Virus record (IMG/VR): IMGVR_UViG_3300013308_000020
Coordinates: 28,207-92,206 of that record
Length of the DNA: 64,000 nucleotides
Reading direction: 5' to 3' (one strand)
Source: a virus
Taxonomy: Duplodnaviria; Caudoviricetes
This document shows, in pieces, positions 1-9,476 of the stretch. A model generated the notes under the pieces. The model did no database searches, was not told the DNA's origin, and worked only from the letters and a program-made list of their open reading frames with translations. A program made the position numbers and the translations under genes. The first letter of the stretch is position 1; each line of letters opens with the position of its first letter.

Positions 1-867
1 ACTGCTGCTGATACCAAAAAGATTGTAATTAATTCAATCTTTGGTAAAACTGGTAGTGAAACGTCATGGCTATATGACCCTCTCGCTATGATTCAGGTTA
101 CTATTAACAATCAGCTTTATATTATGATGCTTGCTGAAAGATTTGTTTTAGCAGGATTCCAGGTAATATCTGCAAATACAGATGGTCTTACTACTATAGT
201 TGAGAGAGGTAGAGAAGATGAATATTATGAGTGCTGTAAAGAATGGGAAAAACAAACACGATTTGAATTAGAGTATGCTTATTATCGTAAGTATATGAGA
301 ACAAATGTGAATAATTATCTTGTTCTTAAAGAGATGAAAGATGGTGAAGAGTTTGATTATGATAATCATATCAAATGTAAAGGAGATTTAGATCCATTTC
401 TTTATGAAAACTTCGAGAAAGGTTTTGATAAGCCAGTCGTAGCTCTCGCTGTATATAATCATTTTGTCAATAATATTCCTATTCAAAGAACTATTAAAGG
501 ACATACAGATATTTATGATTTTTGTATGTCTAAAAAGAATGATTCTTCTTATGATAATGAGTTTTATAGTGTAATAGATGGCGAAGTCAAGAAAGATGTG
601 CTCCAAAAAAGTAATCGCTATTATATCTCAGATAGAGGTCATGGAGGAAAACTTATCAAAGGCAAGGATACATTTGCTAACGTGGATGGTAAACTCGTCA
701 AAGGGAAACGAAAGCAAATGCAGCAAGTTGCGAAAGAATATGTAACTATATTTAATGATTATATTCCTAAAGAAATGGAAGAGTATAAGATTAAATATAT
801 GTATTATATAATTGCTGCACAAAAGTTAATAGATTCAGTTATACCTAAACAAAAAAGCCTATTCTAA
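1..867 (+). CDS. polB: Family B DNA polymerase, C-terminal part (5' truncated by window)
   Basis: Frame 1 is open from base 1: TAADTKKIVINSIFGKTG (motif B, KxxxNSxFG) and VISANTDG (motif C). The ATG at 88 is internal. Confidence 0.9.
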   Translation, partial: TAADTKKIVINSIFGKTGSETSWLYDPLAMIQVTINNQLYIMMLAERFVLAGFQVISANTDGLTTIVERGREDEYYECCKEWEKQTRFELEYAYYRKYMRTNVNNYLVLKEMKDGEEFDYDNHIKCKGDLDPFLYENFEKGFDKPVVALAVYNHFVNNIPIQRTIKGHTDIYDFCMSKKNDSSYDNEFYSVIDGEVKKDVLQKSNRYYISDRGHGGKLIKGKDTFANVDGKLVKGKRKQMQQVAKEYVTIFNDYIPKEMEEYKIKYMYYIIAAQKLIDSVIPKQKSLF

Positions 868-1130
868 TGAATATACAAGAATTTAATGCGAAAGTAAAAG
901 AAGCAGGTAAAAGATTATTTGAAGATAATTATAGCTTCAGTTCTACAGGTGTAGATAGTATTATTTATGGACATGAAGAAAGAATTGAGACAATGTATAG
1001 ACTGACTATATTTCTTAAAATAGGAGCAAGTGTTCATGCTGAAAGTCCTAATCTTGATATGATATTTGAGGTACTTGAATGTGAATATAAAAAGATTTTG
1101 GCTAGACCATCTGTTCATATAGAATTATAA
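867..1130 (+). CDS. hypothetical protein (87 aa)
   Basis: TAATG coupling to the polB stop. Confidence 0.7.
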   Translation: MNIQEFNAKVKEAGKRLFEDNYSFSSTGVDSIIYGHEERIETMYRLTIFLKIGASVHAESPNLDMIFEVLECEYKKILARPSVHIEL

Positions 1131-1158
1131 TTACATCTCTTCTTTTTCTAGCTGAAAT

Positions 1159-1956
1159 ATGGAAACCAAAGATAACGAAGAAGTAAGACGAATGCTTAAT
1201 TGTGTGCGTGTTACTGCAAATTATGCTCTAGCCGAATTAGATATTGTACATGAGTTGCTTGAAGAAGGTATGAACTTAGATGCAGCTGATATGGTGGTTA
1301 AAGTTGATGAAGCATTTTATAAAGCACGTAGAGCTTTATTTGATGCTAGGATTGAAGTAGATAAACTGCGTAAGTCTTTAGATAAACATGTATCTCATTG
1401 TCTTAATCCTATTGCTAAAACTGCTCCTAAGTCAGCTAAAAAAGGAAGAGATGTGCCAAGTATTCCTAAAGATAAAGCTAAACCTAAAAAGGTATCTGAT
1501 GAATATGATGAAAGAGTTGTAACTGCGGAAGAACCTTATTGGGTAAGACTTAGACAACCTGGAGGAGATGAATGGGTAGAGTATAAGATTCTAACAGATG
1601 ATGATGAACGTCCATATCTTTCATATCTTCGTAAGAGTGTTGATAGAGGAGAAAGTACTTGGAAAGGTGCAGGTTGTGTAGCATATAGAGAATTCTTCTT
1701 AGCACATAAAGATGAACCTCTTGTAATAGATACAGAACTTACAGATGATGGTATAGCAGTTCTTGAAAGATTAGCTAAGGAAGGCTTAGTATATAAGACT
1801 AATGCTAAAGTTATAAAAGTTGGTACTGATACCAATTGTATGCCTAAGTATTATTATGATAAGCCTCTTTATAAGTATAACTTTAAATGGAAGCCACAAA
1901 AGAATACTAGTCATTCTACTATAAGCAGAAAGAAACCTAATACTAATGAATCATGA
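1159..1956 (+). CDS. hypothetical protein (265 aa; N-terminal coiled coil, Lys/Pro-rich linker)
   Basis: Long ORF with phage-like codon usage; ATGA overlap with next gene. Confidence 0.75.
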   Translation: METKDNEEVRRMLNCVRVTANYALAELDIVHELLEEGMNLDAADMVVKVDEAFYKARRALFDARIEVDKLRKSLDKHVSHCLNPIAKTAPKSAKKGRDVPSIPKDKAKPKKVSDEYDERVVTAEEPYWVRLRQPGGDEWVEYKILTDDDERPYLSYLRKSVDRGESTWKGAGCVAYREFFLAHKDEPLVIDTELTDDGIAVLERLAKEGLVYKTNAKVIKVGTDTNCMPKYYYDKPLYKYNFKWKPQKNTSHSTISRKKPNTNES

Positions 1957-2276
1957 GTGTATACAAGTTTATAGAAAATAGAAATTTTGATAAACCTCTT
2001 GATTTAGAAGGTTTTGACAAAATCATTAAAGGTACAACAATATGTACTGGTGAAGGTGATTATCCTAAATTAAAAATTGATGGCTATGAAGGTGATAAAC
2101 GCTGGATAGCTGTTAAATGGAATGATAATCTAAGTTGGACTATATATTATGGTAAAGCTAAGTCTCCATTTGAGTATATCTATTTCAATGAGAAACAATT
2201 AACTGATATTAAAATAGTTAAGGAACTTATTGATTGTACAGATGAAGTATTAGAACTATATAGTTATGACGGGTAG
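1953..2276 (+). CDS. hypothetical protein (107 aa)
   Basis: ATGA-coupled ORF in operon. Confidence 0.7.
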   Translation: MSVYKFIENRNFDKPLDLEGFDKIIKGTTICTGEGDYPKLKIDGYEGDKRWIAVKWNDNLSWTIYYGKAKSPFEYIYFNEKQLTDIKIVKELIDCTDEVLELYSYDG

Positions 2277-3693
2277 ATGGGGTAATGGCTCTAGGCAGGA
2301 AAGATTAGATACTGCTCAGTGGCAAGGTGTGAATACTTGGAGAAGTCAACCTCATAGAGGAAATGGAACTCTAGAGTGGCATACTGGTGTTGGAAAGACA
2401 TATTCAATTGTCAAAGCTTATAAACCTTTTAGAGATAAATTTCCTGCTCATATAGAAGAGAATAATATCATAGTTGTTGTTCCTACTCTGAAACTGAAGG
2501 ATGATTGGGTTAAAGAAGGCGGTCATATAGATAAGCATGGCTTTGAAAATATATCTGTATATGTAATTAATAGCTATGTAACCGAATATCACCGTTGTAA
2601 ATGGTTGATAATAGATGAAGTTCATAGAGTATTAGGCGTAGATGCTGATACATTTAATAAGACAATCGAGTTTACTAAAACTGACTTTAGATTAGGATTA
2701 TCTGCTACTTTAACTCTTGAAGAAAAGGTAATCTTACGAGATAAAGGTATGCCTGTATGTCATACTATTACTGAATTTGAATCTAAAGTTGAAGGATTTA
2801 CTTCAGATTATTTTGAATATAATCTAGCAGTACCACTAAATCATTTAGAAATACGAAGATATGAGGAATATTCTCGTTTATTTGAACAGAATAAACGGTT
2901 CTTTATAGTGCAAGACCAATTCGATTTGAAATTGGCATTTGCCGCTACTAAGAATATGGATATTTGTCGCAATATATCTAAGTTTAGAGGATGGAGAGTC
3001 GATCAAGGAGAAGATGATGAAAATGCTCCAGCTAAAATAAAGGAAGGAGCAATCAAATGTATTATGGGTATGTCCAAGAGAAAGGAGATTATCTATAATT
3101 CACAGAATAAACTGTTAATTACTGAACAAATTATTAATAAGTTTCCGGATAAACTGATAATGACTTTTTCAATGAGTGCTGAAATGGCAGATGCTATTAC
3201 ATTTAAACTCGGAGCAAAAGCAAGAAGTTACCATACTAAAATCAAAGGGGAAACTAGAGAAGTTGTTCAAACAGATTTATTCAATACAACTCCCAAGACC
3301 AAAAAGATAGGGGTCGAAAGGATAAAAAAAGAGACAATCGAGCTGTTTTCAAAGCGAGAGATAACTGTAATGAATGCTGTAAAGGCACTTGATGAAGGAT
3401 TTGACTTACCACAAATAGATATGTCTATTATAACTTGTGGAGCAGCTTCTCAAAGGCAACAGAAACAGCGTAAAGGACGATCTACTCGTTTTAATGAGGC
3501 TGATGTTACAAAGAAGAGTATTATAGTTAATCTTTATGCGCCTAACACTCAAGATGAGAAGTGGTTGAAGGAAAGGCAAAAGACAACTACTGGTGCTAGA
3601 TGGATTACAACTTTAGAAGATATTGAAGATGAATCTACTGAAAGCATGGATTTCGATATTAGTCGTAAAGCAGAAAATTGGTCTGAATACTAA
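2266..3693 (+). CDS. Superfamily 2 (DExH) helicase
   Basis: Walker A HTGVGKT, Walker B IIDEVH, motif III SAT, motif V LDEGFDLP, motif VI QRKGRSTR. Confidence 0.92.
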   Translation: MTGRWGNGSRQERLDTAQWQGVNTWRSQPHRGNGTLEWHTGVGKTYSIVKAYKPFRDKFPAHIEENNIIVVVPTLKLKDDWVKEGGHIDKHGFENISVYVINSYVTEYHRCKWLIIDEVHRVLGVDADTFNKTIEFTKTDFRLGLSATLTLEEKVILRDKGMPVCHTITEFESKVEGFTSDYFEYNLAVPLNHLEIRRYEEYSRLFEQNKRFFIVQDQFDLKLAFAATKNMDICRNISKFRGWRVDQGEDDENAPAKIKEGAIKCIMGMSKRKEIIYNSQNKLLITEQIINKFPDKLIMTFSMSAEMADAITFKLGAKARSYHTKIKGETREVVQTDLFNTTPKTKKIGVERIKKETIELFSKREITVMNAVKALDEGFDLPQIDMSIITCGAASQRQQKQRKGRSTRFNEADVTKKSIIVNLYAPNTQDEKWLKERQKTTTGARWITTLEDIEDESTESMDFDISRKAENWSEY

Positions 3694-3838
3694 TCTAATA
3701 CAAGTACGCAAAGAAATAGAAAGAATGTTCTTTGAGACTGCAAGTTTAGATGATATTGAAGATTGTATGATTGAATTACGATATGATAATGAAGTCGAAG
3801 AAAATGAATTAGTTTTAGAATATTTAGAAAGTAAATAA
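3623..3838 (+). CDS. hypothetical acidic protein (~70 aa)
   Basis: Fills the gap between the helicase and the next ORF; overlaps the helicase 3' end; start uncertain. Confidence 0.5.
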   Translation: MKMNLLKAWISILVVKQKIGLNTNLIQVRKEIERMFFETASLDDIEDCMIELRYDNEVEENELVLEYLESK

Positions 3839-3839
3839 G

Positions 3840-4259
3840 ATGGCAAGTGTAGTAGTAGAAAAGAAAGTTGCAGAAAAGAAACAAGCTAAAATAGAAAGAA
3901 TACTAGAATTTGTGAGCAGAAGCAGAAGAGGTATCGGTATAGTTCCACAACCAATGGTTACTGTAAGTGGTACAACTCTTATATTTAATACAGCAGCAGT
4001 AATAAGTACTGATATATCAAGTTATTATTTTGTTCATGGTGCTATTGATCCAAATAATAATAAAGTTATTTATCTTGTTCTTAAAGAGGAAGAAGAAGAA
4101 GATTTCTTTACTGTTAGACACGATTGTAAAAATACATATGCTGTTTCTTGTGCATATCTTCTTAGAAGAACTTGTGCAGTAAGCGGTGATAAATTTGCTG
4201 TTACTCAAGAAGATTTTAATGGTAAACCAATGCTTGTATTAACTCTTTTAGTGAAATAA
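3840..4259 (+). CDS. hypothetical protein (139 aa)
   Basis: ORF tightly packed in operon. Confidence 0.7.
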   Translation: MASVVVEKKVAEKKQAKIERILEFVSRSRRGIGIVPQPMVTVSGTTLIFNTAAVISTDISSYYFVHGAIDPNNNKVIYLVLKEEEEEDFFTVRHDCKNTYAVSCAYLLRRTCAVSGDKFAVTQEDFNGKPMLVLTLLVK

Positions 4260-4264
4260 GATGT

Positions 4265-4888
4265 ATGCTGATAAATGCAAAAAAGATTGCGAAAATATGT
4301 GTAGAACTTAGAATTGATATAGAGCAGTTCTATGTCCTTTATCTTATATCGACAAAGGATTATGCAACTATGCGATATTATGTAAAGAATATTAATGGTT
4401 TTCATGAAACTCTATTAGATACTTTACAGAAAAAAGGTTTATTATTAGATATTAATAATTATAGTAAATCTTCTGATCTTACTAAAGAGGGTAAAAAGAT
4501 AATAAAGCTTAGTACTTTATTTACTACTCCAACTTTTGATGATGCTATAGCAGAAGATGATGTAATGCAAGGAGTTGCAGATGCCTATGATGAATTATTG
4601 GATGTATATCCATATGAGATTTTAGGTAGTAATGGTATTAAATATCCTGCTAGAACTGGTACTACTGAAAAGAATTCTGCTTTATATATTAAACATATTC
4701 TTAAATATCCTGAACAGCATGAGATTATTATTGCTGCTGTAAAATTCGGCAAAGAAAATAGTCTTATTAAGTGGGGTATTGAGAAGTTTATTGAGAATAA
4801 GTATTGGGGTCTCCTTATAGATGCTATGGAGGGGAACTCTAGGCAAACTGAAAACGGAGAACCTCTATATGGCAACAACGAATTTTAA
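4265..4888 (+). CDS. putative replication initiation / helicase-loader-like protein (winged-helix N-terminus)
   Basis: Immediately upstream of and overlapping DnaB; wHTH-like segment LDTLQKKGLL; C-terminal KFIENKYW. Function inferred from position. Confidence 0.5.
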   Translation: MLINAKKIAKICVELRIDIEQFYVLYLISTKDYATMRYYVKNINGFHETLLDTLQKKGLLLDINNYSKSSDLTKEGKKIIKLSTLFTTPTFDDAIAEDDVMQGVADAYDELLDVYPYEILGSNGIKYPARTGTTEKNSALYIKHILKYPEQHEIIIAAVKFGKENSLIKWGIEKFIENKYWGLLIDAMEGNSRQTENGEPLYGNNEF

Positions 4889-5840
4889 ACCAAAGTTACT
4901 CCCAATTATATCTAGTAAGCAAGCTGCGACTAATGCTCTAAAAGACATAGAAGAAGGAATGTCTGAAGAACAGGTAGTCTTACTATGTAGATGGGAAAAG
5001 GTTAATAGAGGTTTACTTGGAGGTTGGAGATTCTGCTTTACTTATATAATCGCTGGATTATCAGGTAGTGGTAAATCTTACTTTCTTAATATGATTCGTA
5101 AGGATTTTACTAATAGATTCCTTAATGGTCGGTATAAGAGAAAGTTCAGGCAGTTGCATATAGCATTTGAGATGACTGCTGCTGATGAAGTACTTCGAGA
5201 TGTCAGTGGTCAAGTTAAAACTTCTTATGGTGATATAATATCTGCATACAAAAGTGTCGATGGTTCTAGATTATCGCTAGAAAAGTATGAAGAGATTAAA
5301 GATTATCTAAAGACGATTGCTGAACTTGAAATTGATTATATTGAAGTTACTGGAACTGTACAACAAGTTTATGATACTATTCTTGATTGGGATCAGAGAT
5401 ATCCTGATGAACAAAAAATCATATCTCTTGACCATACTCTTCTAACTGATTTTGACAAAGAAGCTGATGAGATTGCTCTAGTAGCTAATCTATCTAAAAT
5501 GTTTTTGAAAGTTAAAAAGCAGATTGGAAGTATGAATATCATTATTGCTCAGTTGAATGGAGATATAGAAAGTGAATCTCGTATATCTAGACCAAGTGGA
5601 CATTTTCCTATTGGTAAAGATTTATATGGAGGAAAGTCTATTAGAAGAGATGCTGATGCAATTATGGTTCTTAATTCTCCTGAGAAGCTTGGTATTGCTC
5701 AATATGGAGTACAGAAGCATGATACCAAAGGAATTATCTTTTGGCATCTAATAAAAATGAGAAAAGCTACCACCGGATATATTAGGTTTCAAGATGATTT
5801 AAGAAATGGAAATCTTATTCAATTAGAAACTAATAATTAA
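4869..5840 (+). CDS. dnaB: DnaB-like replicative helicase (RecA-type core)
   Basis: Walker A GLSGSGKS, FEM catalytic Glu, SLDH Walker B, AQLN, DLYGGKSIRRDAD, KMR. Likely start at ATG 4869 (MATTNFK). Confidence 0.9.
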   Translation: MATTNFKPKLLPIISSKQAATNALKDIEEGMSEEQVVLLCRWEKVNRGLLGGWRFCFTYIIAGLSGSGKSYFLNMIRKDFTNRFLNGRYKRKFRQLHIAFEMTAADEVLRDVSGQVKTSYGDIISAYKSVDGSRLSLEKYEEIKDYLKTIAELEIDYIEVTGTVQQVYDTILDWDQRYPDEQKIISLDHTLLTDFDKEADEIALVANLSKMFLKVKKQIGSMNIIIAQLNGDIESESRISRPSGHFPIGKDLYGGKSIRRDADAIMVLNSPEKLGIAQYGVQKHDTKGIIFWHLIKMRKATTGYIRFQDDLRNGNLIQLETNN

Positions 5841-5905
5841 CCGAAACCTTTTCCTATAAATCCAGTATTATAAGTATAAAAAAGTCGTAAAATACTTGCT
5901 TCATA

Positions 5906-5936
5906 TTTGCATTACTGGTATATTTTCGTAACTTTA
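5906..5936 (+). promoter_or_regulatory. Bacteroidota-type primary sigma promoter (one mismatch)
   Basis: TTTG (5906-5909), 19 nt, TAACTTTA (5929-5936; consensus TAnnTTTG), in an intergenic gap 22 nt before ATG 5959. Confidence 0.5.
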
Positions 5937-5958
5937 CATAGTCATTAAGACAAAGACA

Positions 5959-6738
5959 ATGGCAGAACAAAAGGAAAAAGAGTTGCAAAGCGAATATGTT
6001 GAATTTCAGGATATAACTAGCGATTCCGAAAATAGTGAGAATGAGTATAGTAATGAAAATATTCCTGATGATAATAAAGCTGATGGAACAAGTTTAGCTA
6101 CTATACCTTCTGGTGAATTAACTGCTTTAAGTGCTATTAATGATGTTGATACATTAAAGCACTTTGCTATTAAGATGGGTATTCCAGGTTCGCCTGAGAG
6201 TGTTGCTCAAAGACTTGCTAGAGCCATAGAGTTAAGAGTTGGCTATATGCAAGGTCTTGACAATATCTATATCATTAATGGTAGAGCTACATTATCAGTA
6301 TGGTTATTCTTAATGCTAATAAAGAGAGCAGGATATGAAGTCCGTACTATAAGAGATAATGAATATCTTCTTAATGATGGTACTTATAGTAAGATTAAGC
6401 CTAATGTAACTAACGCTCAAGACCCTAAGTTTCCTATAGATAGAGTATGTGAACTAGAATGGGTTTGGAAGAGTAAGGTTACTGGTGAAATAGAAAGAGA
6501 GAGATATACTTACTATTGGTCTGAGGCTGTTGCTGCCGGACATACTACCAAAGCTACTTGGAAAGCATATAGCAAGCAAATGTTGTGGAAAACCACAGCG
6601 ATATTTGGTTCAAGAAGAATATGTGCCGAAGCTGTTGATATGTATGAATATGGTGAAATGGCTGATGCTAAAGGTATAGATTACAAAGTTGATGAAACTG
6701 GTAATTGTAAACCAATAGATATTACTCCTAAAAATTAA
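5959..6738 (+). CDS. RecT/Red-beta-like single-strand annealing protein
   Basis: MQGLDNIYIINGRATLS and W-KAYSKQML...R...AEAV patterns typical of phage SSAPs; replication-module context. Confidence 0.7.
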   Translation: MAEQKEKELQSEYVEFQDITSDSENSENEYSNENIPDDNKADGTSLATIPSGELTALSAINDVDTLKHFAIKMGIPGSPESVAQRLARAIELRVGYMQGLDNIYIINGRATLSVWLFLMLIKRAGYEVRTIRDNEYLLNDGTYSKIKPNVTNAQDPKFPIDRVCELEWVWKSKVTGEIERERYTYYWSEAVAAGHTTKATWKAYSKQMLWKTTAIFGSRRICAEAVDMYEYGEMADAKGIDYKVDETGNCKPIDITPKN

Positions 6739-6783
6739 GTTATTATTAAATAAATAATCCACAAACAAATTAAATTTATCATT

Positions 6784-7320
6784 ATGGCTATTAAAAGTGT
6801 AATCTCCGCAGGAACAAAGTCTAATCAATTTGAAGGTCCAATCGTTAAGATTGGTGCTTCTAATTCTATCAAATTAACTCGTCAGGTACTTGACTTGACT
6901 GGTGCAGAATTTGGTCATTTCGCATTCATCGCTGATGATACTGACGATAATAACCTTTTCTATATTGCTACTTCTGAAAGCTCTACTAACGAAGCTGGTG
7001 AGCGTGGTTCTAAATTAGGTATTGTAGGTGAAGTTACTGAATCTGCTAAAAACAATCCTAATCAATTGGCTTTCACTCATGCTACTTTGGGTGTTCGTCT
7101 TTATGATGTAGCTTCTACGTTCCGTGTAGATACTGATGGTGGTTTCGAGCATAACGGCTTGACATTCTATCCAATGACTGTTGAAGTTTCTCGTGAAGAA
7201 TGGAATAACGAAAAAGCTGCTTCTGATGCTATCAAAGCTTCTAAAGCTGATTCTTCATCTTCTTCTGATGAATCTCTTTCTACTTCTACTCGTCGCCGTT
7301 CTGCTGTAACTGCTGAATAA
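6784..7320 (+). CDS. hypothetical, probably highly expressed protein (178 aa, Ser-rich tail)
   Basis: Strong bias to GGT/GCT/CGT/ACT/TTC/AAC codons, A/T-rich leader, followed by a terminator. Confidence 0.8.
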   Translation: MAIKSVISAGTKSNQFEGPIVKIGASNSIKLTRQVLDLTGAEFGHFAFIADDTDDNNLFYIATSESSTNEAGERGSKLGIVGEVTESAKNNPNQLAFTHATLGVRLYDVASTFRVDTDGGFEHNGLTFYPMTVEVSREEWNNEKAASDAIKASKADSSSSSDESLSTSTRRRSAVTAE

Positions 7321-7344
7321 TTCTTGGTTGATTTAATGCTGTTA

Positions 7345-7376
7345 AAAGAGGGAGAGATTATATCTCTTCCTTTTTT
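7345..7376 (+). terminator. Rho-independent terminator
   Basis: AGGGAGAGAT-TAT-ATCTCTTCCT followed by a T-tract. Confidence 0.8.
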
Positions 7377-7437
7377 ACATTTAAATCAACTTTTACTCAT
7401 TTAAATAATCATTAATCAACCCAAAATAATTATTATT

Positions 7438-8115
7438 ATGTTTAAAATTAATAAAGAACAATCGACTGAAGGTAATGTTAAGATAGTTGCTAACATAGGT
7501 GCTCCAGGCATTTATAAGATGCAAGTTGTAGATATTCAACCATCTACTAAATTCAAAGGTAAGGACAAAGATGATGCTCCTACTATGAATATTACGTTTA
7601 AAGTTGTTCAAGTTATTGATGTGCCTAAGAAAGATGAGCATTTCACTAGAACTTTAATTGGTAAACTTCATACCGATATTATTGATCTTTCTTTAGAGTC
7701 TACTTCTGAGACTGCTGAGACAATGTTCAATAACAAACTTGCTCGTATTAAGCATATCTTGAAGAAAGCAGGTATTTCTGCTGAATCTATTGATGCTGCT
7801 ATTGAGCCAGTATTGAAGAAAATGGGTAAAGATGGTGTTTGGTCTCCTAATGACTTCACTGCTGCTATTCAACCGCTTCTTACTGATGATTGCAAGAAAA
7901 AGACAGGCTTTGGTAAAGTATCTGGTTCTGTATTTCAAGGCAATGCTCAGTGTAACTTTGCAGGCTTCTTAGGTTTCTATACTGAAGAAGAGCCTACTTT
8001 CAATACTAAAGAGCGTCAGGCTATTAATGAGTATTATGCTGCTTTAGATGGTCAAGTTCCTTCAATGGAAGGCGTTCCTTCGACTGGTGGCAACCAAGGT
8101 GGTTCTGCGTTCTAA
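7438..8115 (+). CDS. putative single-stranded DNA-binding protein
   Basis: PGIYKMQVVDIQ OB-fold-like start; flexible Gly-rich tail ending in Phe; lies between SSAP and primase. Confidence 0.55.
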   Translation: MFKINKEQSTEGNVKIVANIGAPGIYKMQVVDIQPSTKFKGKDKDDAPTMNITFKVVQVIDVPKKDEHFTRTLIGKLHTDIIDLSLESTSETAETMFNNKLARIKHILKKAGISAESIDAAIEPVLKKMGKDGVWSPNDFTAAIQPLLTDDCKKKTGFGKVSGSVFQGNAQCNFAGFLGFYTEEEPTFNTKERQAINEYYAALDGQVPSMEGVPSTGGNQGGSAF

Positions 8116-8134
8116 TAAAACTATGAATCTAATT

Positions 8135-8168
8135 AAGGGTGGAACTGTAAAAGGTTTCACCCTTTTTT
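8135..8168 (+). terminator. Rho-independent terminator
   Basis: AAGGGTGGAAC...GTTTCACCCTT followed by TTTT. Confidence 0.85.
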
Positions 8169-8185
8169 ATTCTTAAAATATAGAT

Positions 8186-8305
8186 ATGAAAAAAGAATTA
8201 ATAGTCTTATCAATAGCTATATTAGTAGTAGGAGGATTAGTGTTTTATATAATATTTATTCTTCTAGCGTTTATTGTAGCACTTGCAGATATAGCTAGTT
8301 TCTGA
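8186..8305 (+). CDS. small membrane protein (39 aa; not in ORF track)
   Basis: MKKELIVLSIAILVVGGLVFYIIFILLAFIVALADIASF*; TGATG coupling to the primase start. Confidence 0.6.
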   Translation: MKKELIVLSIAILVVGGLVFYIIFILLAFIVALADIASF

Positions 8306-9339
8306 TGTTTGCTATAGATAAAGCAAAACCTATAGAGAAAGTTAATATATCCAAAAGACTTATAGAAGATAAACTTTCTCAGAAAGATTTATGGAGATAT
8401 TATCTTAGTGGTTTTGATGTAGATGCTTGGTTAAATACTAGGCAGAATTTTAAATCTGAATTACGAACTGATAATAAACCTACTTGTTCCTTATATAGTA
8501 AAGGTCAGAATATTTATTATAAGGATTGGGCAGGACATTTTCAGGGAGATATTTATAATCTTGTTTGCTATCTGAATAACCTTTCTTATGGGGATTTAAT
8601 GGGTGCTATGAAAATCATAGTACGTGATTTTGCTCATGTGTTTTATGGTGCTAATGAAAGACAGAATGAATATATTAAAAGTCTTACTGTAGAACTTAAA
8701 GAAGAAGAAAATAGATTTAGACAGATTCAAATTAAGAAGATGATTTGGACTGTTGAATTGGTTAAGTATTGGAATAGATATGAAATCACACCTCTTTCTT
8801 TTCTAGCTGACCATGATGTTTTCTGTCCTCAATATGTTTGGATTGATGGTAAACTAAGATATACTTATAGTAAACATGACCCTGCTATTGCTTATTTCTT
8901 TGGCAATGGTAGATATAAAATTTATTTCCCTTTTAGAACTAAAGGTGCTAGATTTATTGGTAATTCTAATGCTATACAGGGCTATAACCAATTACCTGCT
9001 ACTGGGGATTTATTAATAATCACAAAGAGCATGAAAGATGTACTAGTATTAAAACTACTAGGCTTTAATGCTTGTGCCTTGCAATCAGAGCAACATCATT
9101 TAGAGAAGGAAGCTTATGAACATTTGTCCAAACGTTTTAAAAGAATTGTACTTCTGTATGACAATGATGAAGCAGGTAGAAATGGTGCAACAAAGATTTG
9201 TGATAGATACGATTTAACCTATATTGAGATTCCTAAAGAAGAATATGAGGATTCTAAAGATATAAGTGATGTATCTGATAATTATGGTATGCAGGAAGCA
9301 TATCAGTGCATGGAAAACTTAACTTATCAATGGTTATGA
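8305..9339 (+). CDS. dnaG: DnaG-type DNA primase (TOPRIM)
   Basis: Degenerate Zn-binding region (SELRTDNKPTCS..YYKDW), LIITKSMKDV, LYDNDEAG, KDISD. Confidence 0.88.
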   Translation: MFAIDKAKPIEKVNISKRLIEDKLSQKDLWRYYLSGFDVDAWLNTRQNFKSELRTDNKPTCSLYSKGQNIYYKDWAGHFQGDIYNLVCYLNNLSYGDLMGAMKIIVRDFAHVFYGANERQNEYIKSLTVELKEEENRFRQIQIKKMIWTVELVKYWNRYEITPLSFLADHDVFCPQYVWIDGKLRYTYSKHDPAIAYFFGNGRYKIYFPFRTKGARFIGNSNAIQGYNQLPATGDLLIITKSMKDVLVLKLLGFNACALQSEQHHLEKEAYEHLSKRFKRIVLLYDNDEAGRNGATKICDRYDLTYIEIPKEEYEDSKDISDVSDNYGMQEAYQCMENLTYQWL

Positions 9340-9476
9340 AACTAACTATAGAACAAGCTAAAGAAATAAAAAAATTACTTGATAAAGGCTATCCTTGTAA
9401 TAGGATAGCCCGTAATTTTCCCGTTAGTAGTTCAACTATTAATGCTATTAAAAACGGTAAAAAATATAATGTATGA
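9336..9476 (+). CDS. stand-alone HTH protein (46 aa; not in ORF track)
   Basis: MKLTIEQAKEIKKLLDKGYPCNRIARNFPVSSSTINAIKNGKKYNV*; ATGA overlaps at both ends. Confidence 0.7.
   Translation: MKLTIEQAKEIKKLLDKGYPCNRIARNFPVSSSTINAIKNGKKYNV

Noticed and set aside
5869-5876. TATAAGTA shared with the minus-strand intergenic region at 54626-54633 as a phage late promoter
   Set aside because: An AT-rich 8-mer seen in two gaps is expected by chance in this composition.
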